Assembly (NCBI GenBank): GCA_964462535.1
Contig: CAYWXV010000001.1
Location: 165,380-229,379, forward strand
From: an uncultured Alphaproteobacteria bacterium
GTDB taxonomy: Bacteria; Bacteroidota; Ignavibacteria; OLB7
Reading direction: 5' to 3'
Length of the DNA: 64,000 nt
Part shown: one piece after another, positions 29,328-38,453 of the stretch
Layout: each line of letters starts with the position of its first letter
How positions within the stretch are numbered: the stretch's first letter is position 1
Made by a program: the position numbers and the translations under genes
Notes under the pieces: generated by a model
Seen by the model: only the letters and a program-made list of their open reading frames with translations
The model's database searches: none
What the model was told of the DNA's origin: nothing

Positions 29328-30614
29328 ATGAATCCATTCCCATTACCCTCTGCCACAAGGGCGCTTGCGCTCGTGGCGTTGTCGCTATCTGCAATCATCT
29401 TCGCGTCATGCGGTGAATCATCGGATGACGGTGCAGCGGGGAAGACCACTATCTCATTCTGGCACTTCCAGTCGGAGCCTGGTCAGAAGAAGGCCCTCGA
29501 GGGACGGATCGCGGAGTTTGAGAAGGCGAACCCCGATGTTCATGTCGAGCTTCAGGATCTGACGTGGAAGCAGGGACGCGAGAAGCTGATGGCGGCGTTC
29601 AGTTCCGGACAGGCACCGGACGTAGTTGAACTCGGTAGCGATTGGGTTGCCCAGTACAGTGCGGCCGGAGTGCTGGCCGATCAGGCCGTAATGAAGGGTG
29701 ATTCGCTCGGACGATTTGCTGACTACCTGACGGCGCCTGGAAAATGGAAGGATGGTGTGTACGCGTGGCCGTGGACGGCTGATACACGCGTTCTCTTCGT
29801 CAATACGGGGCTGCTGGCGGGTGCCGGAATGGACACAACCGTGGTGGATACGCTTTGGTCAGACGTGCTGGTGAAAGCAGAGCGATTGCTTAAGCCACCA
29901 ACCGTATTTGGTTTTGGCGCCAATGGGTCCGACAAGCACAGACTATATAAGAAGATCCTTCCGTTCTTCTGGTCAAACGGAGGCGAGCTGCTGTCAACCG
30001 ACGGTCACCCCGTTATCAATTCTCCCGCAAATGTCGCTGCGTTGAGCGCGTACGTTGATCTATCGCGAGCAGGATTTGTTGACAATCAAATGGGCTTGGA
30101 TCAGATGTTCGTGGCAGGGAAGATCGGATACTGGATCAGCGGGCCATGGCTGGTGGACAGAATTGCGAAGGAGAATCCGGCTCTTGCCTATCGCGTGACG
30201 ATGCTCCCTGGTTTTCAGGGTCGCCCCGGCGAATCGTTTGCGGGTGGTGAGTACCTGGCAATCAGCACTCAGTCTAAGTCAAAGGAAGCCGCCAAGAGGC
30301 TGATTACCTTTCTGACGTCTCCTGCTCAGGCACTTCAATTCGCAAAGGAACTTCCAGGAGGGACGACGCCGGCCGACCTTAGCGTTGCGTCCGATCCGTT
30401 CCTTCAGAGTGCAGCGCGCAGGGTATTTACCGAGCAGTTGCACCATGCACGTATGACGCCGGTTCATCCCAAATGGCTTGAGCTGGAAGAGATCATCGAG
30501 TACGAGAGCGCGGCCGCGATTCTTGGGGAGAAAAGCCCCCAGGAAGCACTCGATGCAGCGCAGCTGAAGACGATGCAGCTGCTCGGGTTGGCAGCGGATG
30601 AACCAGCCTCCTAG
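29328..30614 (+). CDS. ABC transporter sugar-binding lipoprotein (extracellular solute-binding family 1).
   Basis: Lipobox LSAIIFASCGES. Pattern typical of maltose/oligosaccharide binding proteins. No permease or ATPase genes are adjacent. Confidence 0.7.
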   Translation: MNPFPLPSATRALALVALSLSAIIFASCGESSDDGAAGKTTISFWHFQSEPGQKKALEGRIAEFEKANPDVHVELQDLTWKQGREKLMAAFSSGQAPDVVELGSDWVAQYSAAGVLADQAVMKGDSLGRFADYLTAPGKWKDGVYAWPWTADTRVLFVNTGLLAGAGMDTTVVDTLWSDVLVKAERLLKPPTVFGFGANGSDKHRLYKKILPFFWSNGGELLSTDGHPVINSPANVAALSAYVDLSRAGFVDNQMGLDQMFVAGKIGYWISGPWLVDRIAKENPALAYRVTMLPGFQGRPGESFAGGEYLAISTQSKSKEAAKRLITFLTSPAQALQFAKELPGGTTPADLSVASDPFLQSAARRVFTEQLHHARMTPVHPKWLELEEIIEYESAAAILGEKSPQEALDAAQLKTMQLLGLAADEPAS

Positions 30615-30664
30615 GACGTTGTTGAAATACACGCTATCTCTGCGTTGCGCTCCTCATCGCTCAC

Positions 30665-30696
30665 TCCGGCGTACCTCCGGCGTACCTCCGGTACGC
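30665..30696 (+). repeat. Short tandem repeat (TCCGGCGTACC about 2.9 times) in the leader of the trans-sulfuration gene.
   Basis: Directly visible: tccggcgtacc tccggcgtacc tccggtacgc. Confidence 0.4.
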
Positions 30697-30798
30697 ATCG
30701 TTCTCTCCGCGTCGCGCGGCTTCACCCCACGCGATCTGAACAGCCTCATTGTTGAGTGAGATCTAACAGTCTTCCAGGGCATTGTTGAAGGAAACAGA

Positions 30799-31953
30799 TT
30801 GAGGGAAATGGATAAGGGCTTCTCGACCAGAGCGATTCACTCTGGACAGGATCCAGAACCGGTCACGGGTGCCGTCAACGTCCCGATATTTCAGACCTCC
30901 ACGTATGCGCAAGAGGGCATTGGTCGTCACAAGGGGTACGAGTATGCCCGCACCGGGAATCCAACCAGAACGGCCCTGGAAGCCTGCGTAGCCGACCTGG
31001 AGGGGGGCATGTTCGGGCTTGCCTTCTCAAGTGGTCTGTCCGCTATTGATACGGTAATGAGGTTGCTCGGGCCTGGAGCGCACGTGGTGGCTGGAGACGA
31101 CATGTACGGTGGAACGTACAGGCTTTTCGAGCGGGTCGCGAGCAAGTCGGGGATAGCATTCTCGTACGTCGACTTGCGTGATATGGAAGCGCTGTCGGCG
31201 GCAGTTACGCCATCGACGCGCATGATATACGTCGAGACCCCCACGAATCCGATGATGAGGCTCTGTGACCTGACGGCGGTTGCAGAAGTCGCCAGGGGGA
31301 TCAACTCCCATCTGGTCGTCGACAACACGTTTGCCAGCCCATACCTGCAGCAGCCTCTTAGACTCGGTGCGACTATCGTCGTCCATTCGTCGACAAAGTA
31401 CATTGGTGGTCACAGCGATCTCGTGGGTGGGTTGGTCGTGAGCAACGACCCGGAAGCGAGCGAGCAGATGCGATTTCTGCAAAATGCCGTCGGGGCGGTT
31501 CCGGGTCCGATGGATTGCTACCTGACTCTCCGGTCGTTGAAGACGCTATCAATCCGGATGGATCGGCATTGCGCAAATGCACGCCGTCTTGCCCTCCATC
31601 TGGTGTCGACTGGACGCTTCGTAGACGTCCATTACCCCGGGTTGCCGAACTTTCCCCAGCGTGATCTTGCCGTGAAACAGATGCGGGATTTCGGCGGGAT
31701 GATTTCGGCGGATCTTGGATCGCTTGAGTCCGCCAGGCGCTTCTGCGAGTCGGTTCGACTTTTCACGTTTGCTGAGTCTTTGGGTGGTGTGGAGTCATTG
31801 CTCTGTCATCCGGTTTCTATGACGCATGGTTCGGTCCCACCGCAGACGCGCGCACGCCTTGGCATCACCGACGGCCTCGTAAGGTTCTCAGTTGGAATTG
31901 AGGACGTTGAGGACCTGATCGCCGACGTTGATCGTGCACTCGCTGCCACGTAA
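30799..31953 (+). CDS. PLP-dependent Cys/Met-metabolism enzyme (cystathionine gamma-synthase / beta-lyase / gamma-lyase family).
   Basis: PLP-lysine motif SSTKYIGGHSDLVGG. N-terminal FSTRAIHSGQ. About 384 aa. Confidence 0.8.
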   Translation: MREMDKGFSTRAIHSGQDPEPVTGAVNVPIFQTSTYAQEGIGRHKGYEYARTGNPTRTALEACVADLEGGMFGLAFSSGLSAIDTVMRLLGPGAHVVAGDDMYGGTYRLFERVASKSGIAFSYVDLRDMEALSAAVTPSTRMIYVETPTNPMMRLCDLTAVAEVARGINSHLVVDNTFASPYLQQPLRLGATIVVHSSTKYIGGHSDLVGGLVVSNDPEASEQMRFLQNAVGAVPGPMDCYLTLRSLKTLSIRMDRHCANARRLALHLVSTGRFVDVHYPGLPNFPQRDLAVKQMRDFGGMISADLGSLESARRFCESVRLFTFAESLGGVESLLCHPVSMTHGSVPPQTRARLGITDGLVRFSVGIEDVEDLIADVDRALAAT

Positions 31954-32016
31954 TCCCCTCTCTCACACCAGTTCCAGACTAACCTCGTTGTCAGGAATCC
32001 GCTGCATACATCGAGT

Positions 32017-32784
32017 TTGCGCATGACCGATCCGTCGTTGCCATGGAAGAAGGTTATCGTGGTGGGTGGTTCGACGGGGATCGGCGCCGCCGTAACGCGC
32101 AGGCTCGCCGCCAATGGATCGCGGATAGCCGTCGTCGCGCGGCGCTCGGATGCACTCCACGCTCTCGCAGGGGAGTTGAACGCAATCGTTGGGGAGGGGA
32201 CGGTGCTCCCCTACGAACACGACGTCCGCAATTGGGAGGAAGCATCGGCCCTGTTTCAGGACATTGCGAGCCAACTGGGCGGGATTGATCTTGTGGTGTA
32301 CGCCGCCGCATTTCAGCCCGATGTACGCCCCGACGAGTACGACACAGGCCAGGACGTTGCCATCATTCAAACCAACCTGGTCGGGTGTATCGCATGGTTG
32401 AACCCGGCAGCTGCTCGATTTGGAGCGCTGAAGGAGGGGACAATCGTTGCCGTCTCGTCGATCGCGGGTGATCGTGGGAGGCGTGGCGCCCCGGTGTACG
32501 GTGCTTCGAAAGGGGGGCTGACCGTCTACATGGAGTCATTGCGAAATCGTTTGTCCCAACACGGTGTGGTTGTGACGACGGTGAAGCCCGGATTTGTCGA
32601 CACACGACTTACGCGGGGAAAGGAGGGCCTGTTCTGGGTCATATCACCCGAGCGGGCGGCCGAGTTGATTCTGCGCGCAGCGCGACGTAGACGATCGACA
32701 GCATACGTTCCCGCACGGTGGCGACTTGTCGCTACCATCGTCAGATCCATCCCGTCTATCTTGTTCCGCAGGTTGAGTTTCTAG
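32017..32784 (+). CDS. DprE2-like short-chain dehydrogenase (decaprenylphospho-2'-keto-ribose reductase family).
   Basis: Rossmann VIVVGGSTGIGAAV. YGASKGGL catalytic Tyr/Lys. The C-terminal ...IVRSIPSILFRRLSF closely matches the DprE2 C-terminus (HIPRSIFRKLPI). Confidence 0.7.
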   Translation: MRMTDPSLPWKKVIVVGGSTGIGAAVTRRLAANGSRIAVVARRSDALHALAGELNAIVGEGTVLPYEHDVRNWEEASALFQDIASQLGGIDLVVYAAAFQPDVRPDEYDTGQDVAIIQTNLVGCIAWLNPAAARFGALKEGTIVAVSSIAGDRGRRGAPVYGASKGGLTVYMESLRNRLSQHGVVVTTVKPGFVDTRLTRGKEGLFWVISPERAAELILRAARRRRSTAYVPARWRLVATIVRSIPSILFRRLSF

Positions 32785-34262
32785 TGCCCGCACCTTCCCG
32801 TCCACACGCCACCCAATCTCGCGATATCCGACCACGCGAGTCACTCCCACCGGACCGGCTCGAAATCGTACAGGGGTTCGGTCAGAGCAGTCGAAGCGTC
32901 GGTTACGTATATCGCCCATCGGGCCTGGAGGACCTTGAGGAGGTCTTCTACGTGGCGCGTCGCTCGGGCAGGACAATCGGGCTTCGCGGCGCTGGTAGAA
33001 GCTATGGCGACGCTGCCCAGAACAATGAAGAGATCGTAGTCGACACGTCGCGGCTCCGACGCGTAATCGAATGGGACCCGCGTTCGGGCGTTGTCACAGT
33101 CGAACCCGGCGTGACGATCGAAGACCTGTGGTCGACGGTGTTGCCGGATGGATGGTGGCCGCCGGTGGTACCGGGGACGATGTTCCCCACGATTGGTGGG
33201 TGCGTGGCGATGAACGTCCATGGGAAGAACAACTTCCGCGCCGGACCGTTCGGCGATCACGTGCTCTCGTTTGACTTCCTGGCGCCAACCGGTGATCGAG
33301 TGTCCGTTTCACGAACCTCGGATCCGGAGTTGTTTCATGCTGCCATCGGCGGCTTCGGCATGCTCGGTTGCTTTCTGTCAATCAGGTTGCAAATGAAGCG
33401 TGTTCACTCCGGGCTCCTGGATGTCGTCGGGTTGTCCACGCCTGGACTAGACGATTCGATCGCACGTTTTGCGGAACACTGCGAGCACGCCGATTACATG
33501 GTAGGGTGGATAGACGCCTTCGCGAGTGGGACGGCTAGCGGGAGGGGGGTACTGCACTACGCCCGCCATCTTGACCCGGGGATTGACCCGTCCCCTGTGA
33601 AAACTTTGTCTCGAGAGAGTCAGCACGTCCCGAACGTCCTGTTCGGTGTGGTGCCCACTTCGATCATGTGGGTACTGTTGCGTCCGCTGATGAACAACCT
33701 GGGTATGCGTACGATCAACGCACTTCGGTATCGTTCGGGGCGAGTCTTCGACGGCTCCGCTCGGGGTTTCCGACAATCACTCGTGGCATTCTCGTTCCTC
33801 CTGGACTACATACCGGAATGGCGGAGGGCGTACGGAAACCACGGGTTCATTCAGTTCCAGAGCTTTATCCCAGCCGCCACCGCCTCGGACGTACTAAAAG
33901 AGCAGCTCCGGTTGGCGCGAGCCGCTCGTCATCCGGCCTACCTGGCTGTGCTCAAGCGACACCGAAAGGACGGCTATCTGATGTCACACGGGGTTGACGG
34001 CTACTCGCTCGCGATGGACTTCCCATTGGCCCGCTATCGAGATGAGGTCGTCAGCGTTTCCCGTCGTCTTGCCGAAGTTGCGCTGCAGGCGGGAGGCAGG
34101 TTCTACTTTGCGAAGGACAGCACGCTGACGCCAGAGACCGCCCGTGCCTCCATCGGGTCAGACGTCCTGACGAAATTCCGCACCCTTCGGAAGAAGTACG
34201 ATCCGGACGGTATTCTGCGCACCGACTTGTATGACCGTTTGTTCAACGACTGTGCGTATTGA
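32784..34262 (+). CDS. DprE1-like FAD-dependent oxidoreductase (decaprenylphosphoryl-beta-D-ribose oxidase family).
   Basis: GLRGAGRSYGD. VVPGTMFPTIGGCVAMNVHGKNNF...FGDHVLSFDFLAPTGD...ELFHAAIGGFGMLG. C-terminal GGRFYFAKDS...KYDPDGILRTDLYDRL. I start at the GTG overlapping the upstream stop; the ORF track extends to 32718. Confidence 0.75.
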   Translation: MPAPSRPHATQSRDIRPRESLPPDRLEIVQGFGQSSRSVGYVYRPSGLEDLEEVFYVARRSGRTIGLRGAGRSYGDAAQNNEEIVVDTSRLRRVIEWDPRSGVVTVEPGVTIEDLWSTVLPDGWWPPVVPGTMFPTIGGCVAMNVHGKNNFRAGPFGDHVLSFDFLAPTGDRVSVSRTSDPELFHAAIGGFGMLGCFLSIRLQMKRVHSGLLDVVGLSTPGLDDSIARFAEHCEHADYMVGWIDAFASGTASGRGVLHYARHLDPGIDPSPVKTLSRESQHVPNVLFGVVPTSIMWVLLRPLMNNLGMRTINALRYRSGRVFDGSARGFRQSLVAFSFLLDYIPEWRRAYGNHGFIQFQSFIPAATASDVLKEQLRLARAARHPAYLAVLKRHRKDGYLMSHGVDGYSLAMDFPLARYRDEVVSVSRRLAEVALQAGGRFYFAKDSTLTPETARASIGSDVLTKFRTLRKKYDPDGILRTDLYDRLFNDCAY

Positions 34263-34282
34263 CGGAGCACAAACGGGCCGCC

Positions 34283-35047
34283 CTAGCGGCCGTTTAGTGT
34301 CCAGTCATACTCCAGGTACTTGACGTTTACGCCACCGCCAGCAATTGCGGACTTCATCTGAGCGGTACCGTATTGGCCCACGAATTTCATCGTTCCCGTC
34401 GTCCCACCAAAGTCGCCCGCATACCATTCGAAGATCTTGGACAGCCACAGCGTCTTGGTCCCAACATCGAAGCGGTTGCTGTTTGAGGCGAGGTAGCGAG
34501 TCGCATTCTGGCGCAGAGTCTGCCGCACGTTGGTCCCCGTGTATGCCTTGTTGACAAGCGGAGGACAACTCCGTGCGGCGCACACTAGCCCGAAATGGAT
34601 CAGGGGCTCTTTGAACGTCGGTCGAATGATGTCGTTCTCGATGTTGTTGAGAGTGACGAGGCGACCGGCAACTCTGAACTTGGTGGCGTCGAAGAACCCG
34701 GTGATGTCCGTTGGCTTCTTCATGCCGGGATGATCAAGCACATTCTTGATCACGCACGCGTTGTACGCGTTTATCCAGAACGCCAGCTGTTCGTCACGCG
34801 TCAAGCCGGCTACCTTTGCACCTTCGAGAGAGGTGAGGTAGGCGCCGAACGACGCATTGTTTCGAAACGCGGAGTAGTTCACTCGGCCGTTTGATACAGC
34901 TGTCGCAAGGAGCGAATTGAAGTTGGAGTGGTCAAACGTCGCTCCCATCGCCGTTCCGCACGACACGGCGACAAACGCGTATGCAAACACAACTACACGC
35001 CGCCAACGTGAGCTGAGTCGAATCGTTTGACATGACGTCTGAGTCAT
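34283..35047 (-). CDS. DUF547-family secreted protein.
   Basis: Signal peptide. LAFWINAYNACVIKNVLD...IHFGLVCAARSCPPL...YDWTLNGR are the DUF547 hallmark motifs. Confidence 0.7.
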   Translation of the reverse strand: MTQTSCQTIRLSSRWRRVVVFAYAFVAVSCGTAMGATFDHSNFNSLLATAVSNGRVNYSAFRNNASFGAYLTSLEGAKVAGLTRDEQLAFWINAYNACVIKNVLDHPGMKKPTDITGFFDATKFRVAGRLVTLNNIENDIIRPTFKEPLIHFGLVCAARSCPPLVNKAYTGTNVRQTLRQNATRYLASNSNRFDVGTKTLWLSKIFEWYAGDFGGTTGTMKFVGQYGTAQMKSAIAGGGVNVKYLEYDWTLNGR

Positions 35048-35138
35048 AACGGTATCCTTATCTTGATCGCTTCTTTGAGATTAATGCTGGGTCGCACAAG
35101 CGACGCGGCGGTTTCATCAATAGTGGAAAAAATACGGT

Positions 35139-35633
35139 ATGCCAGCGAAGTTTGAGGGGACACTCAATGCGGAAGGGCTGCGAATTGCAATCGTGGCCAC
35201 CCGTTGGAACGAGTTTGTCGTCGATCGTCTTACGCAAGGAGCTCTCGACTGCATACGCATGCACGGGGGTGGCGACCCCGCGCCTGAGATTGCCCGATGT
35301 CCTGGCGCGTTTGAGGTTCCGCTTGTCGTCAAGACACTCGCTGCGTCGGGACGATACGACGCCATCGTCGCACTGGGGGCGGTGATTCGTGGATCAACGC
35401 CGCACTTTGAGTATGTGGCCGGGGCCGCGAGCAATGGGATTGCGCAGACTGCACTAGAGACAGGCGTCCCAGTCGGGTTCGGTATTCTGACGGTGGACAC
35501 GATCGAGCAGGCGATCGAGCGTGCTGGGACCAAGGCAGGGAACAAGGGGTGGGAGGCAGCTCTGGCCGCTATTGAGACAGCACGGTTGATCGCCAGAATC
35601 AACCGCGGGGAGGAGGAGTCCCGGAATGGTTGA
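35139..35633 (+). CDS. ribH: 6,7-dimethyl-8-ribityllumazine synthase.
   Basis: GLRIAIVATRWNEFVVDRL...GAFEVPLV...DAIVALGAVIRGSTPHFEYV is the canonical RibH pattern. Confidence 0.9.
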   Translation: MPAKFEGTLNAEGLRIAIVATRWNEFVVDRLTQGALDCIRMHGGGDPAPEIARCPGAFEVPLVVKTLAASGRYDAIVALGAVIRGSTPHFEYVAGAASNGIAQTALETGVPVGFGILTVDTIEQAIERAGTKAGNKGWEAALAAIETARLIARINRGEEESRNG

Positions 35634-35710
35634 AGTCCCTTGACTAACACACCCCTCTCGTTGTTTCTTTTACTTCGTCAGAAAACCCCTCGGCACCCAC
35701 ACATCCTGGA

Positions 35711-38005
35711 ATGCACCCTCGACATGTTCTAGCCATTGCATTTCTGCTCGTGACCACCTTTGGTTTGGTCGCGGGACAGACAAGTGCGAAGTACACATGG
35801 ACAGTGTTCAGCGCACTGAACGCTGCGCAGGACGTTGCATTCGATCCCGATGGGCGACTGTGGATCGCCACGACCGGGGGCGTTGTCGGCTCACGCGTAA
35901 ATGACTCCGGTGTTGTGTTTCGAACGTCCGATGGCCTCCTGTCATTGAACTCCACCGCTATCGACATAGACCCCTTGTCGGGTGACATGTACGTCGGGGG
36001 GCAGGATGGAACCATCAGCATTCGCAGGGCCGATGGACGGTGGACGTATTCAACCGAGATTGCTGCCTTGTCTGAACGCCCCGCGAGACGAATAAACGAT
36101 TTCGAGTTCGGCGCTCGGGGTGTCTACGTGGCAACGTCGTTTGGGGTCGGATTGTACGATCCACACGACTCCGTCTTTCGGGAGTCATACCTGCGATTCG
36201 ACCCGTGGCCCTCAAACACCGGCGTAAACGCCGTTGCCGTGGTCAACGGTCGAATCTGGCTCGCAACCGACATGGGATTGACCTTCGCCTCCGTCGACGA
36301 CCCATCGCTTGCGTCTCCTACGGCGTGGACGGCCGTCCCCGAGCTGAATGGGGACACGGTGACGTCAGCAACTCCGTTTGAGGGTGGGCTGTATGTGGGG
36401 ACGACTCACGGCGTTTTCGTTGTCGACGCCGGTGGTGTCACACGACTGACAGATCTCCCGGACGCACGGACAATGGTCCGCGCATCCCGAACCGTATGCG
36501 TTGTTGCGACGGGTGGCTCGCTCTTCGAGAAGAGGGTCGGAGCTTCTTCCTTTACGGAGGTGAGCAGCGGCATGGAGAACATAACGGCCGTTGCGCCTGA
36601 CGAGCAGGGGCGAATTGGCCTGGGCTTGACGACCGGCGGTTTCGGGATCTTCGCAAACGGTGAGTTCGTTGGCGAACTACCGGATGCCCCCGTGTCAAAC
36701 AGATTTACTGACCTCGCGCTTGGAAGCGATGGGGCCGTCTGGGCTGCCTCGGCGGATCGTGAGGTGGACGGCGCTGGCATTTCGCGTCTTTTCAACGGCA
36801 GCTGGTCGCGATTCTCCACTTCAAGCCTGCCGCAGCTGAAGTCGAACAAGGTATGGAACGTCGGAACCGGAACAAACGGGGCCGTATGGGCTGGGACGTT
36901 CGGTGGAGGGGCAACGGAGTTGCGCGTGGGCGCAGACGGGAGTGCAATGGCGGTTGCGTATGACACATCCAATTCGGCCCTGCTCGGCATCAGCGCGAAC
37001 CCTGCGTTCATACTGGTCGGGAAGGCCGTTACCGATTTCCGCGGACGTGTGTGGATGACGAATTGGGACGAAGGGGGTACGAGCGGCCCGATACTCGTGG
37101 TGAAGCTCGCCGACGGAGAAACAGGTTCCACTGGCAAGGGGTGGGAGGGCTTCTCGCATCCCACGTTTCGCCAGCGCCCGTACAAATGGCTGGCAATTGA
37201 TGACTTTGGTACAAAATGGGTGGGAGCCGATCAATCGCTGGGGGCACACCCCGGCCTTGTCTATATCAACGATAATGGTACTCCTTCGGTCAAGAGCGAT
37301 GACAAGTCGGGGACGATAACGTCTTCTTCGGGAGGATTGCTGAGCGACCGACAAACCGCTCTTCTCGTCGATCATGACGGGGAACTCTGGATTGGAACTC
37401 CATCCGGCATTTCGGTACTTGTCAATCCCGGGTCCGTCGCGTCAAGTGGAGCACGACCAGTCTTTCGAACGATCAGCGCCGTGCGGGATCAGTTCATTCG
37501 AGCAATCGCGGTCGATGCCCTGAATCGCAAATGGGTTGGCACTGAGAATGGGGTTCTTGTGCTGTCGTTCGACGGCGTCGACGTGCTCGAAACGTTTACG
37601 ACGGCTAACTCCCCATTAGTGAGCAATGACGTCCTCTCGTTGCTCGCCGTCGAAGCCACCGGAGATGTTTATATTGGCACGGTCAATGGCCTTAGCCGAG
37701 TAACCACAGAGGCCGTTGCCGGAAAGAGCGACGCTGCCGATCTCCGCATCACACCCCAGCCGTTGCGACTCCCGTCGACCGATGGCGTTCGTATCGAAGG
37801 GCTCCCCGAGAATGCAATCGTCAAGGTTCTGACCCCATCCGGTGCGGTCATCCGAGAATTCATATCCCCGGGGGGAGCTATTGCCTACTGGGACGGCCTG
37901 GACAACGATGGGCGCCCGGTTCGTTCTGGTGTGTACATTGTCGCCGCTGCCTCGCCACAGGGAGACATTGGCGCCGTCGGCAAGGTTGCGGTCATTGCAC
38001 CGTGA
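35711..38005 (+). CDS. Secreted beta-propeller protein with two-component-regulator-propeller-like repeats and a T9SS-type C-terminal sorting (FlgD-Ig/Por_Secre_tail-like) domain.
   Basis: Signal peptide MHPRHVLAIAFLLVTTFGLVAGQTSA. At least ten xW[IV][AG]T..G[LV] repeats. C-terminal ...IVKVLTPSGAVIREF...AYWDGLDNDGRPVRSGVYIVAA...GKVAVI. Confidence 0.6.
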   Translation: MHPRHVLAIAFLLVTTFGLVAGQTSAKYTWTVFSALNAAQDVAFDPDGRLWIATTGGVVGSRVNDSGVVFRTSDGLLSLNSTAIDIDPLSGDMYVGGQDGTISIRRADGRWTYSTEIAALSERPARRINDFEFGARGVYVATSFGVGLYDPHDSVFRESYLRFDPWPSNTGVNAVAVVNGRIWLATDMGLTFASVDDPSLASPTAWTAVPELNGDTVTSATPFEGGLYVGTTHGVFVVDAGGVTRLTDLPDARTMVRASRTVCVVATGGSLFEKRVGASSFTEVSSGMENITAVAPDEQGRIGLGLTTGGFGIFANGEFVGELPDAPVSNRFTDLALGSDGAVWAASADREVDGAGISRLFNGSWSRFSTSSLPQLKSNKVWNVGTGTNGAVWAGTFGGGATELRVGADGSAMAVAYDTSNSALLGISANPAFILVGKAVTDFRGRVWMTNWDEGGTSGPILVVKLADGETGSTGKGWEGFSHPTFRQRPYKWLAIDDFGTKWVGADQSLGAHPGLVYINDNGTPSVKSDDKSGTITSSSGGLLSDRQTALLVDHDGELWIGTPSGISVLVNPGSVASSGARPVFRTISAVRDQFIRAIAVDALNRKWVGTENGVLVLSFDGVDVLETFTTANSPLVSNDVLSLLAVEATGDVYIGTVNGLSRVTTEAVAGKSDAADLRITPQPLRLPSTDGVRIEGLPENAIVKVLTPSGAVIREFISPGGAIAYWDGLDNDGRPVRSGVYIVAAASPQGDIGAVGKVAVIAP

Positions 38006-38047
38006 TGGATCCCTCAACCGTATCACAATCATCATCGAGGCTGACTC

Positions 38048-38332
38048 GTGGAAAACAATCGTGACGAAGTTTTTTCGCGCAGAGTGAGAGCAGGGAAGCG
38101 AACCTACTACATCGACGTGCGCGCCACCAGGTCCGGGAACGACTACTATCTGACGATTACCGAAAGCAAGCGCAGCGGAGAGTCGGAGCGTGAGAAGTTC
38201 AAGATCTTTCTCTACAAGGAAGATTTCGAGAAGTTCAGAGAAGCCCTCAATGAGTCGCTCACGTTTATTTACGGTGAGCTCGCGAAAATCAACGCGCTCC
38301 CGCGCGATCGGAATTACGAGGAAAACGAATAG
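38048..38332 (+). CDS. DUF3276 (bacterial Pur-alpha-like nucleic-acid-binding) protein.
   Basis: GKRTYYIDVRATRSGNDYYLTITESKR...KFKIFLYKEDFEKFREALNE matches the family pattern as I recall it. Confidence 0.6.
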   Translation: MENNRDEVFSRRVRAGKRTYYIDVRATRSGNDYYLTITESKRSGESEREKFKIFLYKEDFEKFREALNESLTFIYGELAKINALPRDRNYEENE

Positions 38333-38453
38333 CGATTCCACGATACACTTTTTCGTGAAACGTCCCGGTATGTAGAATAACTCCACACTCTATTTGGGTG
38401 TGGAGTTTCCATTTCTGTGCCAAGCCCGCGAAATTCACTCGCCTCTTTCCTGC

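Noticed and set aside
35048-35138. Possible FMN riboswitch upstream of ribH
   Set aside because: The leader is only about 90 nt, and none of the conserved FMN-aptamer segments are recognisable.
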